Shown here piece by piece: positions 29,201-38,516 of a stretch of 64,000 bases of DNA. The position numbers and the translations under genes are program-made. The DNA lies in IMG/VR virus record IMGVR_UViG_3300046542_000086, positions 17,696 to 81,695 of that record; one strand, 5' to 3'. The notes beneath the pieces were generated by a model. That model had not been told where the DNA came from. It worked only from the letters and a program-made list of their open reading frames with translations, and ran no database searches. Within the stretch, counting starts at the first letter, position 1. Each line of letters starts with the position of its first letter. Origin of the DNA: a virus.

Positions 29201-32200
29201 TCCGATTCCGGTACTGTTGGCGAGTGTGATGCAAGCTGGTGGTTATAAGAACTCTGACGGTTCTGAGATCCGTAAGATCACCGACATCAAAGGTACCGTG
29301 TACGATCTGGAAGGGAACGTAGTAGTCTCTCTCGAATCGTTGCGGGCTGGTCTGGTCGACGTTGCGGGCAAGAAGTTCAAGTCATTGGGTCAGGCTGTAC
29401 TGGGGGGTGCTGGGAAGCTGATCGGGGGAGCTGTTGGCCTCGGGATCAAAGCGTTCAAAGGCGTCTCCAACCACATGAGTAAAATGCTCGGTGGATTGAA
29501 GTCTGGTGCTGGCAATCTGTTTAACAAAGGTCGAGGAATGCTGAAGGGACTTAAGGTCCCTGGTCTGGGTGGCGATACAGAAATGATGGAAGTGATTGGT
29601 GAATACCAAATCCTTCTGCTCGAAGAGATTCGAGACGCTATCCGTGCACAATCGGCTAAAAAGGTTAAAGGCGACTTTGACGGTGACGGACTACGCAATG
29701 GTTCTGGGGAAGCCCTCAGTGCTAGCCGTAAGAAAACTCGTGACGAACGTGAGGCTAAACAGAAGGCTGCTGACGAAGAACGCAAGAAAGGTAAAGGCGA
29801 GAAGAAAGGCGGCTTGATGGGGTTGTTGACCATGATCGGTGGCGCTGTGATGGGGATGGCTAAAGGCTTCATGGACCTACCTAAAACCCTGATCACTGCG
29901 ATGCGTGCAATGTCTGCGGCGAAAGCTTTGGGTAGTGCGGCTGACCTAGCTGGTGGTGCTGGTCGTGGTGGTAAGTTGGCTCGTGGGGCGAAAGCTCTAG
30001 GTCGTGGTCTGTTGGGTGCTGGCTCGATGTTGGGGACAGCAGCAATGGGTGTCGGTCGTCTGGCCTTCGGTGGCGTGAGTGGTTTGGCTCGTGGTGCTTG
30101 GGCGGTGGGTTCAGCAGCAGTCGGTGTGCTGGGTGCTCCAGTCGTCTTGGGTATCGCTGCGGCTGCGGCTGTTGGGTATCTGGGTTACAAAGCTTGGAAG
30201 TCTTACAAGAAGACTGGCAACAGTGACCTGTTGAAGTACCGAGTAGCACAGTACGGTCTCGACTACGAGGATGACGAGCAGACTAAGAAAGTCTTCGAGT
30301 TGGAAAGCTTGATTGGTCCGAACGTTAAGTTCAATGGGCGTGGTCCAGAGATCAACTGGCAGAACGTTGACGTTAAACGTGTCCGTGAGATCTTTGGTCT
30401 GAAGGACGATGATCCTGAGGGTCTCAAACGTTTCGGTACTTGGTTCGAGACTCGCTTTGGTCCAGTGTTCGTCAGTCACCTTAAAATGCTTCAGAAGTAT
30501 TCGACGTCTACCAAGATCGAAGAAGCTGATGAAGTGGTGAAGATCGAAGACAAACTGAAGTTCCTCGAAGGTGTCCAAGTTGATGACGCTGACACCACTT
30601 ACGGTGAGTTGACCAGTCCGTTTGGTGACGAAGCTTTGTCTATGGGTCCGTCTCAGGTGAAAGCGGTCTACGATACAGTAGTAGCGCACATCAAAGAGCA
30701 GCTACCTAAAGGCAAGGACAAAACCGGTAAAGAACCAGCGGTTGGCATTGCTGGGGCTGCTGCGGCAGCGACTTTGGCTGGTGGTCCTCTGGCTGGCCTC
30801 GCTACGGCGAACGCTAAGGCAGAAGTTGAGCAGACCCTAGCCTCTAAGGTTGGTGGTTGGTTGTCCAACGCGGTCTCGTCTATCCCCGGTGCGGGTATGG
30901 TGGGCTCAGCTTTCAACTGGCTCAAGGACAAGGTGCTCGGGAAAGACTTCAAAGTCCCTGACATCATGAACCGTGAGATTGATCCACTGACCTCTATTCG
31001 CTACCGCTTGTACGGTTTAGCGGAGATGAACTACTCTCGTGTGTCGCCGATCTCTCGCTTGGAAGAGCGGGTGTTGAAGGACATCTCGTACAGTGGTTCG
31101 AAACAGGCAGAGTTTAACGGGGATGCTGAAGACATCTGGAATGAGGTAGCTGGTGGCTTTACGTCCAGTCCTAATTCTGAAGCAGTCAAGACCCGTTGGA
31201 TGAAGTGGTTCGGTGAGCGTTTCCTCCCAGTGATGATTGCGTTCTTAACCGGTGTGCAGAAGTTTGTCTCGAACGGTAACCCGTTTGAAGCACACGATCG
31301 CCTCAAAGCGTCTCAGAGTCTTGAGATTGCTCGGTTCATGAACAGCTCCCAGTCCAACTACGACAAACAGTCGAATGAGAATTCTTCGGTTTGGGGTGTG
31401 ACTGCTTCGCCGTTTGATGACTACGAGGTCAACACTGACGCTACGGTACTCAAACCGTTCATGGCTGCTCTGGAAGAGTCTGCTAACAAAGAGACCCTCA
31501 ACGAGAAAGTCAAAACGGAACGAGCGGGGAAAGTACAAGCCCTGTTGAATAAAGTCACCGGTAGTTCGGGTAAGGCTAATCCAAGTCCGCTGTGGGAAGA
31601 CGAAGGCGTAGCTGATCGCAGCAGTGTGCCTAAGCCGTTGCTGAAAGCCATGTACGGCGTAATGCCAATGGCTGGTGGTGAGGCGGGTTACACGAAAGGC
31701 GGTCTCGGGACGTTGGATGTGGGTGCAGGGGCTGGCGGTAACATTGCTGGTCTACCTGAAGTCACAGGTCCTGACGGAGAATACTCCACCTACAAAGACA
31801 TGATCATCGCTGTGTCGAAGATGGTGGGTGTTGACCCTGGTCTGATGGCTACCATGGCATCGATCGAGTCAGGCTTCCGTGGTCGAGTGAAAGCTGCTAC
31901 GTCCTCTGCGACTGGTTTGTATCAGTTCATCAGTGGTACGTGGAAGACCATGTTGGCGAAGTACGGTTCCAAGTATGGGTTGTCTCCGGATACCCCGTCC
32001 TCTGATCCTCGTGCTAACGCCTTGATGGGTGCGGAGTACATCCGTGAGAACTCGGCAATCCTCAAAGCCAAAACTGGACGGACTCCAACTGACACCGATA
32101 TTTACTTGGCGCACTTCTTGGGCCCAGGTGGTGCGGCTAAGTTGCTCAGTGCTGACCCTAGTGCAAACGCGGCAACGCTGATGCCTTCGGCTGCTGGTGC

Positions 32201-32963
32201 GAACAAGTCGATCTTCTTCGCAGATGGTCGTCCTCGTACGGTAGCACAAGTCTACGCTGAGATTGACCGTCGGGTTCGTGTACACCGGGCTAAGTATGCT
32301 GGTGACGCACGTGCGGCTGGTGGGTTCTCTGCTAACGTAGACGTTCCTACTTCGGCTCCGTCAATTCCGGGTGTAACAGCTCCGACTGCTGCTCCATCAG
32401 CTAGTGGGACTCCTGCTCCTAAAGCTCCTGCAAGTGGCGGTCCAATTGGGATCATGGCTCCAGCGGCTCCGACTGCTGCTCCTGAAGTCCCAGCGACTAA
32501 ACAGTCTCCATTGGTTCAATCGGTTGCTGCTGCGGCACCAGCTGCAATGCCAACGGGTCCTGTCGCCCCAGTAACTAACAGCGTTCCTCCAAGCACTGGT
32601 GTAACTAGTGAGCCTGCACTGGGTGGTAACGTAGCTGAAGCCGCTGTGATCCGTAAGGCACAGGCTGAGAGACAAGCACAAGCTGCCTCGTTGCAAGACC
32701 AGGAATCAAGTGCTGCGTTGAATCAGAACTTCAGTGGTGTGGCTGAGGTCATGCGCAAACAACTGGAGATTCAGCTGAAGATGGCTCAGTCGTTGGATAA
32801 CATCGACCAAGGTATTCAGACGCTGGTCAAGAGTGGTTCTGTAGCAGCCGCAGGTCAACCTGCTCGTAATGAACCTGTTGCGAGTAGATCCAACACCGCA
32901 GTTAAACCGACAGACGTGCCTGCACGTTTGACGCCCATTAGCATGAAGCGGTTGAAGGCGTAA
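26241..32963 (+). CDS. tail tape-measure-like protein with lytic transglycosylase domain (phiKZ gp181-like)
   Basis: 2240 aa, helical and Gly/Ala-rich; C-proximal SLT domain IESGF...ATGLYQFISGTW...YLAHFLGPGGA. Confidence 0.88.
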   Translation: MAKDKNEFGDDDDLKWDDLDFGDDFPDFDAPPPADDRKPVVKVATSFLKGAAEELTDPTRVRKMALDALPEGYGKAANLADTIASTGRELYHTTAEELKPVIKDAKRVARRVLPLTKSLLPEKLQKKLEDMTSDNEYKGPSVEQTRDSQINSEVADIFKLQMENDARDKAEDEVADQTKRKQDTARFKTELQTLNAILGGVNRQVAYQDQIASKYQRKHLELQFLQYFTLRDTYELHKASAKETKSQLDNVIKNTGLPEFAKSNVTEHAGHLFRERLLNAASSKVNQFAKGYIDKYKDNIIKKGKEQIGAFKDGAMQGLTGVDMLLDSREQMADMGEGGDAYTGGGKMLGGMAGGWLGSKVSKLAKPLLERNPGIAKWGNKLEYGVDNFASLSSDWAKSDKGENTGMDWWNKALRGFKDLSPTEVVDSSLGDSDLTRSQDAVPFNHLARKTLTDIIPGYLSRIHHELAIIRTGDPSLKRLGYDLKDGGFASMDKVTKSMGSVLFDQTKNFDKVKGTTNNLIDGLEKQHGQKFSDTQRKALYDKFIGEAASGQGRFDVKKFADVDQWKDLSDEDALKLSYMFSDDVGEEQQNKYSKEFLKIREGVNNPTDAIKGLIDSGQLESMRALGLVTGEGDGRKVSQERIVDILRNGGFGEPTDEGTPPPNGSPPSPDSRPGGGGPLGGLRNANDAPKGAGQKDGGIDTPKNPNEFMEVIGEYQMLLLEDIRKGIANPAALSQYAEAARNAPGATEETCECVDKMVEAYKAGNDELVQHLANVYELLASGQLQTMSMSMPFDPERFNTVGGHLGRGLSKLKGAGKWGLGKVTGFYGSMLSMQKNLLKGGVKGAWSAAKGAGNLLLGRAKDQLNEWGDVYIKGQGRPILTWAQLKAGEYLNEDGTPITSWKDVKGPVKNKAGQYVLTAEQFAKGLVDEHARPMFTKIKDFGMKWAGRLSSFVTSPFRGMKDAIKGTFNTVKDFVERPRDMYLPGNPIPVLLASVMQAGGYKNSDGSEIRKITDIKGTVYDLEGNVVVSLESLRAGLVDVAGKKFKSLGQAVLGGAGKLIGGAVGLGIKAFKGVSNHMSKMLGGLKSGAGNLFNKGRGMLKGLKVPGLGGDTEMMEVIGEYQILLLEEIRDAIRAQSAKKVKGDFDGDGLRNGSGEALSASRKKTRDEREAKQKAADEERKKGKGEKKGGLMGLLTMIGGAVMGMAKGFMDLPKTLITAMRAMSAAKALGSAADLAGGAGRGGKLARGAKALGRGLLGAGSMLGTAAMGVGRLAFGGVSGLARGAWAVGSAAVGVLGAPVVLGIAAAAAVGYLGYKAWKSYKKTGNSDLLKYRVAQYGLDYEDDEQTKKVFELESLIGPNVKFNGRGPEINWQNVDVKRVREIFGLKDDDPEGLKRFGTWFETRFGPVFVSHLKMLQKYSTSTKIEEADEVVKIEDKLKFLEGVQVDDADTTYGELTSPFGDEALSMGPSQVKAVYDTVVAHIKEQLPKGKDKTGKEPAVGIAGAAAAATLAGGPLAGLATANAKAEVEQTLASKVGGWLSNAVSSIPGAGMVGSAFNWLKDKVLGKDFKVPDIMNREIDPLTSIRYRLYGLAEMNYSRVSPISRLEERVLKDISYSGSKQAEFNGDAEDIWNEVAGGFTSSPNSEAVKTRWMKWFGERFLPVMIAFLTGVQKFVSNGNPFEAHDRLKASQSLEIARFMNSSQSNYDKQSNENSSVWGVTASPFDDYEVNTDATVLKPFMAALEESANKETLNEKVKTERAGKVQALLNKVTGSSGKANPSPLWEDEGVADRSSVPKPLLKAMYGVMPMAGGEAGYTKGGLGTLDVGAGAGGNIAGLPEVTGPDGEYSTYKDMIIAVSKMVGVDPGLMATMASIESGFRGRVKAATSSATGLYQFISGTWKTMLAKYGSKYGLSPDTPSSDPRANALMGAEYIRENSAILKAKTGRTPTDTDIYLAHFLGPGGAAKLLSADPSANAATLMPSAAGANKSIFFADGRPRTVAQVYAEIDRRVRVHRAKYAGDARAAGGFSANVDVPTSAPSIPGVTAPTAAPSASGTPAPKAPASGGPIGIMAPAAPTAAPEVPATKQSPLVQSVAAAAPAAMPTGPVAPVTNSVPPSTGVTSEPALGGNVAEAAVIRKAQAERQAQAASLQDQESSAALNQNFSGVAEVMRKQLEIQLKMAQSLDNIDQGIQTLVKSGSVAAAGQPARNEPVASRSNTAVKPTDVPARLTPISMKRLKA

Positions 32964-33012
32964 CTAGAGTGGGGGCAACCCCACTCTCCCTTTACTTAAA
33001 CGAGATCAGGTC

Positions 33013-34968
33013 ATGGCTGAATTAAAGGACACAGACTGGATCAGACAATCGTTTATGTTGCCACGCAAGTCTATTGCGAATGCTGACTCCATTCGTCGTA
33101 CCCTAACAGATGCTCGGTTCAAGTTCACCGACACCACGCTAGGCGGCAACTTCGCGATTAACCCTCCTCCTCAGTTTACTCGTTATGCTGACTTGGTGGT
33201 ACCTAGCTTGTACAGTAAGTCCACGGGGATGGGTCGTTACTACAGTGAGGCCATCGATGACAACGCACAACTGATCCACATGCGTTTCGGTGTACCAGAG
33301 TTCAACTCCCTCACGAACTTCTTCTTCAACTTCTATAACCCTCAAGCGGCTTCCCTAGCGCGGACCGGTAGGGCTAACGAGATCTCGTTTGCTCTGGGTA
33401 AGTTGTTGGGGACGATCATTACCTTGCCTGCTCAGTTGTTTATCACAGCAGGTTCGGCACTGAACTTCTTCTTGGGTCGTCCTACCTCGAAGTACTACTA
33501 CCTCAAACCAGCGATGCCTTTGTATTGGAACGCTGTGAACACCATTGCCAACGGCATTGCCGTGAACATGGGTATCACCCCTCGTACCTTTCAGGACGAT
33601 GAAAAGAAATCCATTCCGGGTTCACTGGAGAACACTGCCGAACAAGCCAAGCTCTATCACAAACTCAATCCGGGGTTGTGGCATGAGTCTGGTCAGATCG
33701 ACGTGTACTCACTGGCAACCAAAGCGCAACGCTTGGCCAACAGTCAACGTGACAAGATGGCGGAGATCCTCGAGTCCCGTGAGAGTCCTACGGCGATTCG
33801 CAATGCGATCCTAAGCTTCCGGGAAAACCCTCAGCTTAACGACAACCGCATCTATAAGGACTTCGAGTCTTACCTGTCTGCCTACCAAGGTCTCAACGAA
33901 CGCAAGTCTGATACTGATGACGGTGCTGCGGAGATGACTGGAGACAAACGGGAGTACAAGAAGAACTTCCTTGAGTTTGTGGAAGCCGAGCACAACGACG
34001 GTGCACAGTGGGTTACGTTTAACGTAGAACACACAGGGTCTGCCTCTGAGAGTTTCAACAGCTCGGTGGGTGAGTCTGACATCTCGTCCAAGTTGAATGG
34101 GTTGTCGGCTGCTGGTCGTTCGGCACGTTTCTCTACAGCTGATGGTCAGTCCGGTATCAACTTCATTGACGATGCGATGAAGATGGTGGGGAGCTTTGTA
34201 GACGGTGCGTTGGATTCTATTAAGCTCTCGGGCTTGATGGCGTTCTCTGGTATGGCCATTGCTGACATTCCCAAGATGTGGCAATCGTCTTCGGCTAACC
34301 TACCACGCATGGATTACACGATCAAACTACGCACGCCGTACGGGAACAAGTTCTCCCGGTTCACGGATATGTACGTTCAGTTGTCGATGTTGTTGGCAGC
34401 CGCTCTACCGATCTCCACTGGTAAGCAATCGTACACCAGTCCGTTTCTGTGTGAGGTCTATTCCAAAGGGCGGGCACAAACCCGTCTGGGTATGATCGAG
34501 TCTATGACGATCACTCGGGGTACTGGTAACCTTGGGTGGACACAGGACAGTGAAGCACTGGGTATTGACGTGACGTTCTCGATTGTGGACATGTCTACGA
34601 TCATGCACATGCCAATCAACGCAGGCTTCCAGTTGAACGACGCTATCGTTGGCGGTCTCGGTGTAGCAACCGCAATCGCTGGTGGTGGTAGCGGTAAAGC
34701 TATTGCTGCGGGTGTGTCACTGGTGGCGGGAACAGACTTTGCCAAAGGGGTGTTTGCTGAAGACACCATGTTCTCGGACTACTTAGCAGTCTTAAGTAGT
34801 ATGTCACTCGTCGAACAAACGTACACGTATCAGAAACTGCGCTTGAACCTTGCGAAACAAATGGGTTCGATGGATACGTGGTTCTCGCAGTCGCACTTCG
34901 CCAACTGGTTCATGAACACCAAACCAGCACGCCTGATCTCTGGGTTTGCTACGGGTACAGGTATCTGA
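33013..34968 (+). CDS. tail/baseplate hub-associated virion protein (phiKZ gp182-like)
   Basis: 651 aa directly after the gp181-like gene; motifs GGNFAINPPPQFTRYAD and LRTPYGN. Confidence 0.7.
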   Translation: MAELKDTDWIRQSFMLPRKSIANADSIRRTLTDARFKFTDTTLGGNFAINPPPQFTRYADLVVPSLYSKSTGMGRYYSEAIDDNAQLIHMRFGVPEFNSLTNFFFNFYNPQAASLARTGRANEISFALGKLLGTIITLPAQLFITAGSALNFFLGRPTSKYYYLKPAMPLYWNAVNTIANGIAVNMGITPRTFQDDEKKSIPGSLENTAEQAKLYHKLNPGLWHESGQIDVYSLATKAQRLANSQRDKMAEILESRESPTAIRNAILSFRENPQLNDNRIYKDFESYLSAYQGLNERKSDTDDGAAEMTGDKREYKKNFLEFVEAEHNDGAQWVTFNVEHTGSASESFNSSVGESDISSKLNGLSAAGRSARFSTADGQSGINFIDDAMKMVGSFVDGALDSIKLSGLMAFSGMAIADIPKMWQSSSANLPRMDYTIKLRTPYGNKFSRFTDMYVQLSMLLAAALPISTGKQSYTSPFLCEVYSKGRAQTRLGMIESMTITRGTGNLGWTQDSEALGIDVTFSIVDMSTIMHMPINAGFQLNDAIVGGLGVATAIAGGGSGKAIAAGVSLVAGTDFAKGVFAEDTMFSDYLAVLSSMSLVEQTYTYQKLRLNLAKQMGSMDTWFSQSHFANWFMNTKPARLISGFATGTGI

Positions 34969-35011
34969 CGGCATAGAGGCTCCCTTCGGGGAGCCTCGTT
35001 ATGCGCTTACA
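34966..35011. terminator. bidirectional terminator, near-identical to 54123-54168
   Basis: TGACGGCATA-GAGGCTCCC-TTCG-GGGAGCCTC-GTTATGCGCTTACA. Confidence 0.85.
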
Positions 35012-36011
35012 AATTGACACCGGGGTAGTACTGACGAATCAACGAAGTCAAAGCAGCCGCCTTGTGCGTTGGTGCAATCATCACTGGCAACTTGTATTCT
35101 TCCATTTGACCCAGTAACGTCAAAGCACTGGCGGAAGCGTACGTGAACATTTCCAAGTTGTCGATGCTCACACCGTTACGAGTGTACTTCGCCCAATTGG
35201 GGTCAATGTGATTCAAGACCGCTAGCAGCTCCGTGGTGCGTTCTGGATACTGAGCCGGTGTGGTTTTATCAGCGAACTTGTAAAACATCAGGATGCGCTT
35301 ACAGGCGTCCGGAGCAGTGTTCAACACACCACCTGCGGTTAACGTCTCACCCATAATCTTCAACGCTTCGATATTACTCGACAGGATGGCTACTGTGTAG
35401 GACTTACCGTAAGAATACAACGTTACGGAATTATCGCTAACCGAAGCCACAGCTTCCTGAATCAAGTCAGTAGCACCCGACTTAATTGCGTAGTCGATGA
35501 TCGTGCTAGCCATCGATGCTTCAGCTGCCAAATCGAACACACTGAAGATGTCAGACTTACCAGTTAACTGCCGCGCTAGACCAGCCAGTCCGTTGATGTC
35601 ATCCAAGTTACCTGACATGTACGCCTTCACGCCAGTCTTGGTTGCCCCCATGATTGACGCCACGGTACCCTTAGACACCCCGAACTTATCGAAGGTATCG
35701 AACAGAGTGTTCTGCATGTTCCCCGTCAAGCCTTTCATCAGACCTGTGGAGCCCATGCTCTTACCGATCCGAGTCAGTACGTCCAGCTTAGACAGTCGTC
35801 CATTCTGAGCCGCCGTAACGTCCCGCATGATGTTTTTGAGCATCGCTGGGTTTTTACGGATGGTCTGTGCAGCGTCAGCACTGAAGTTCTTCAGTACGTC
35901 CGGTAACGAGTTAAGCGTCTGGTTAGCTTTCTGTTTATACGTATCGACCGTTAGGAGTGCGTCCACCGGCCCAGACTTAAACAGAGAGGTTGCAATCTTA
36001 CCTGTAGTCAC
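35007..36011 (-). CDS. probable virion structural protein
   Basis: 334 aa, GTG start after GGAGAG; conserved-looking N-terminus SLFKSGPVDALLTVDTY. Confidence 0.6.
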   Translation of the reverse strand: MTTGKIATSLFKSGPVDALLTVDTYKQKANQTLNSLPDVLKNFSADAAQTIRKNPAMLKNIMRDVTAAQNGRLSKLDVLTRIGKSMGSTGLMKGLTGNMQNTLFDTFDKFGVSKGTVASIMGATKTGVKAYMSGNLDDINGLAGLARQLTGKSDIFSVFDLAAEASMASTIIDYAIKSGATDLIQEAVASVSDNSVTLYSYGKSYTVAILSSNIEALKIMGETLTAGGVLNTAPDACKRILMFYKFADKTTPAQYPERTTELLAVLNHIDPNWAKYTRNGVSIDNLEMFTYASASALTLLGQMEEYKLPVMIAPTHKAAALTSLIRQYYPGVNL

Positions 36012-36031
36012 GGTTCTCTCCCAAACGAGAC

Positions 36032-36062
36032 AAAAAAAAGAAGGGGCGTGAACCCCTTCTTA
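36032..36062 (-). terminator. intrinsic terminator
   Basis: Minus strand AAGAAGGGG-ttcacg-CCCCTTCTTTTTTTT. Confidence 0.8.
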
Positions 36063-36074
36063 ATTCTTTAGAGC

Positions 36075-36383
36075 TTAGAAATGCTGGGTGCCGACTGGGC
36101 GCTCCAGTTTACACAGCTTCAGGAAACCAGCGGCTTCCAGTTTCTGCATGAACACAGCAGGAGGGTACAGTAGCTTACCGATCTGGATGAAGTCGCCATC
36201 TTGCACGTCTTCAGCCTGATGGAACTCAAAGCCGTCCATGGAAGGCGGTACCAAACGAACCATGTGGTCGTGATACGCCTTGCCAGTGACTTTGCGCCAG
36301 TAGGTCATGTCGGTCGGATTCAGCTTCGGAAGCGGAGTCTCTTCACCAACAATACGGCACTTCAGAACAGTTTCCAAACTCAT
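36075..36383 (-). CDS. hypothetical protein
   Basis: 102-aa ORF in an operon. Confidence 0.65.
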   Translation of the reverse strand: MSLETVLKCRIVGEETPLPKLNPTDMTYWRKVTGKAYHDHMVRLVPPSMDGFEFHQAEDVQDGDFIQIGKLLYPPAVFMQKLEAAGFLKLCKLERPVGTQHF

Positions 36384-36385
36384 CT

Positions 36386-36904
36386 TTATTTCTTCCCAAT
36401 CAATCCAGTATGTCCGGCTTTCAAGAAGACACGAATGTCTTCCAAGTCGGTCACCAACGTTCCTGTTTCCTTGGCGTTGACCACTTTACATTTATCCAAG
36501 GAGTCAGGGTCTCCATAGTAATAGTAATGGGTAAACGGTAGCTCGCTCTCGATGAAGAGCTCGAACAGTTCTTGGTTCTGTGTAATCTTGGCTACTAAGC
36601 CAATACGGAACATCCAGTCGAACTGGTAGTCTAGTACGATGTTGTTAGGAATCTTGCAGTAGGCCACGCCCAACTCTTTTGCTTTATAGCCCCACAGCTT
36701 ACGGAACTCCTGTACCTTGCGTCCTGTCTTCAGGAAGTAATGGAGTCCCTCGGTGGATTCAAACTGCCCTAGCAACGGGTGCCAGAACGGTTCATGGGCG
36801 AAGTTAGTTAGCTTCAGTCCCAATGGTGACTTCGCTTTTGTGTAGACGTTGATGTGGTCTACATTGTCCGTCGACGGATGCCAAGATTTAAGTACTTCTG
36901 TCAC
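36386..36904 (-). CDS. conserved jumbo-phage protein, possibly NADAR-related
   Basis: LTNF...FESTEG...AKITQN..L.ELF pattern reminiscent of NADAR/YbiA. Confidence 0.5.
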   Translation of the reverse strand: MTEVLKSWHPSTDNVDHINVYTKAKSPLGLKLTNFAHEPFWHPLLGQFESTEGLHYFLKTGRKVQEFRKLWGYKAKELGVAYCKIPNNIVLDYQFDWMFRIGLVAKITQNQELFELFIESELPFTHYYYYGDPDSLDKCKVVNAKETGTLVTDLEDIRVFLKAGHTGLIGKK

Positions 36905-36955
36905 GATAACTACTCTTCGGGCATAAAGCCGCCTCGCTAAAGGCGGCTGTTGGGA

Positions 36956-37429
36956 TCAAACACCACTATTGGGGTCAATGTCTCTGATCGCCTTCACGAG
37001 GTTCTCAACACTGACGCCTGTGTGTTTAACGGGAATGGTGGATTCATCAGACTCTTGCGCAGTCTCAGTTCCCACATGAATGATCGCAGAATACTCGGTC
37101 TTAAGACCCGTACGCCATTCGAACTCCAGAGTCAATCTCACACGCATGGGATTGAGGAATCGAATAGCCTTCTCAAAGACACCCCAAGTCATCGAGGGCT
37201 TCAAGAGTTCCTTAGACAGGTTGCCCCTTGCGGAGGACATGTCGCGGGAGTTTTGCGGGATACGGTTACGTGGATCTTTCAGGTACCGTAGCATGTTACG
37301 GTTCCACGTACTCATATTGAAGTTCTGGTCACTCAAGATCTGTCGAAACAACTTGCTCAACGTACCGTTGGCTTCTTCAGACCTTTTGGTTTTGGAGCTG
37401 AGTACCTGATTGAGTTCCTTGTTTTGCAT
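36956..37429 (-). CDS. conserved phiKZ-like hypothetical protein
   Basis: 157 aa, GGAGG RBS; motifs LSKLFRQIL, RGNLSKEL, MTWGVFEKAIRFL. Confidence 0.7.
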   Translation of the reverse strand: MQNKELNQVLSSKTKRSEEANGTLSKLFRQILSDQNFNMSTWNRNMLRYLKDPRNRIPQNSRDMSSARGNLSKELLKPSMTWGVFEKAIRFLNPMRVRLTLEFEWRTGLKTEYSAIIHVGTETAQESDESTIPVKHTGVSVENLVKAIRDIDPNSGV

Positions 37430-37868
37430 ACGATTGGACCTCCAGGAAAGCTTTAACTACCGCTTCCACATCACCCATCAGGTGTGTGAATTGTCGGGTG
37501 TAGTACTCAACACCACTTTTGGAATCTGCACTTTCATGCAACAACGCTTTCTGGATATATTCCAGTTGTAGAATGAGGGCATTATAAACCTCCACAGGTT
37601 CTAGTTGATGACCCTTATCAGTAGACAAGTAGTCGTCCAGTTTTACAACACGCACGTTACCGGGTAGGTTACGGCTTTTCTGGATACGTTCAGACACAAG
37701 GTCTTTGTCATGTACGATGCGTGAACACTCGTTCAGCAGCAGTAACAAGGAATGTACCGTAGGGTTGATTACGCGAACATTGATGGAAAGTCCCAGCAAT
37801 GGTGTGTATTGCTTAAGTTGCGCGACATCAACCAACCGTGCCAAATCCATGCAGTAAAGTACGTCCAT
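37377..37868 (-). CDS. hypothetical protein (start uncertain, between 37868 and ~37965)
   Basis: The track ORF extends to 38225 but that part overlaps the opposite-strand gene; an AT-rich promoter-like tract at ~37980-38003 bounds the real start. Confidence 0.55.
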   Translation of the reverse strand: MDVLYCMDLARLVDVAQLKQYTPLLGLSINVRVINPTVHSLLLLLNECSRIVHDKDLVSERIQKSRNLPGNVRVVKLDDYLSTDKGHQLEPVEVYNALILQLEYIQKALLHESADSKSGVEYYTRQFTHLMGDVEAVVKAFLEVQSYAKQGTQSGTQLQNQKV

Positions 37869-38019
37869 CAGGACAGTGCCTTCTACTGTGTGTTTACGGA
37901 TCACCGATTCGATTTGGTTCTGCAACGTGGGCTTCTTTACTACTCCACTAAGCAGTTTTCTCAAACTAGCTTCAATGGAATAATATACACTTGTAATTTT
38001 TTTGAGCGAGGAGCTGAAC

Positions 38020-38442
38020 ATGTCTGAGGACCTTTTAACGGACGACAACATTCTACGGTTTACCCAGAAGCAACGGAAGTCACTCGAAGCTGAGCTGATG
38101 AAAAACGGCTGGCCTAAGGATACGGATACCCAAGAACAGTTGATGACTCTGTGGAATGACATGGATCGCCAAGCTCTGGGTAACAAGCGAATCGGTGCGG
38201 CAGAGAAGCTGGCTGACTCCGACAAATACGTAGCAAGTGTGATCGCTGACGTAGTGAAGAAGTTCGGCTCGAAAATTCCTTACGAGAACGGAAGCCGTGG
38301 GGACACTGGTCTGTTGATCGAACAGTACACGGAAGGCGAGAAGCACAAGTTGCCTAAAGCTGAGCCAGTGCCGGGGGAAATGGGCATCGGTACAGCCAAC
38401 ATGAACTTCACGGACTTCGTTAAGGCGTTCGAGGAGGAATAA
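38020..38442 (+). CDS. hypothetical protein
   Basis: GAGGAG RBS before MSEDLL. Confidence 0.75.
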   Translation: MSEDLLTDDNILRFTQKQRKSLEAELMKNGWPKDTDTQEQLMTLWNDMDRQALGNKRIGAAEKLADSDKYVASVIADVVKKFGSKIPYENGSRGDTGLLIEQYTEGEKHKLPKAEPVPGEMGIGTANMNFTDFVKAFEEE

Positions 38443-38482
38443 GCAACATAATATCGCACTACCCCGTAATTTTAAATACGGT

Positions 38483-38516
38483 CATAAAGGGAGGCCTGGG
38501 GCCTCCTTCTATGCCG
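38483..38516. terminator. bidirectional terminator
   Basis: CATAAAGGGAGGC-ctggg-GCCTCCTTC-TATGCCG. Confidence 0.75.

Noticed and set aside
29670-29695. DFDGD in the gp181-like protein as an RNA polymerase active site
   Set aside because: There is no surrounding double-psi barrel context. The true catalytic motif (GADYDGD) is in the 24551-26179 gene.
37966-38225. N-terminal extension of ORF 37377-38225
   Set aside because: It overlaps a well-supported plus-strand gene and an AT-rich regulatory tract.
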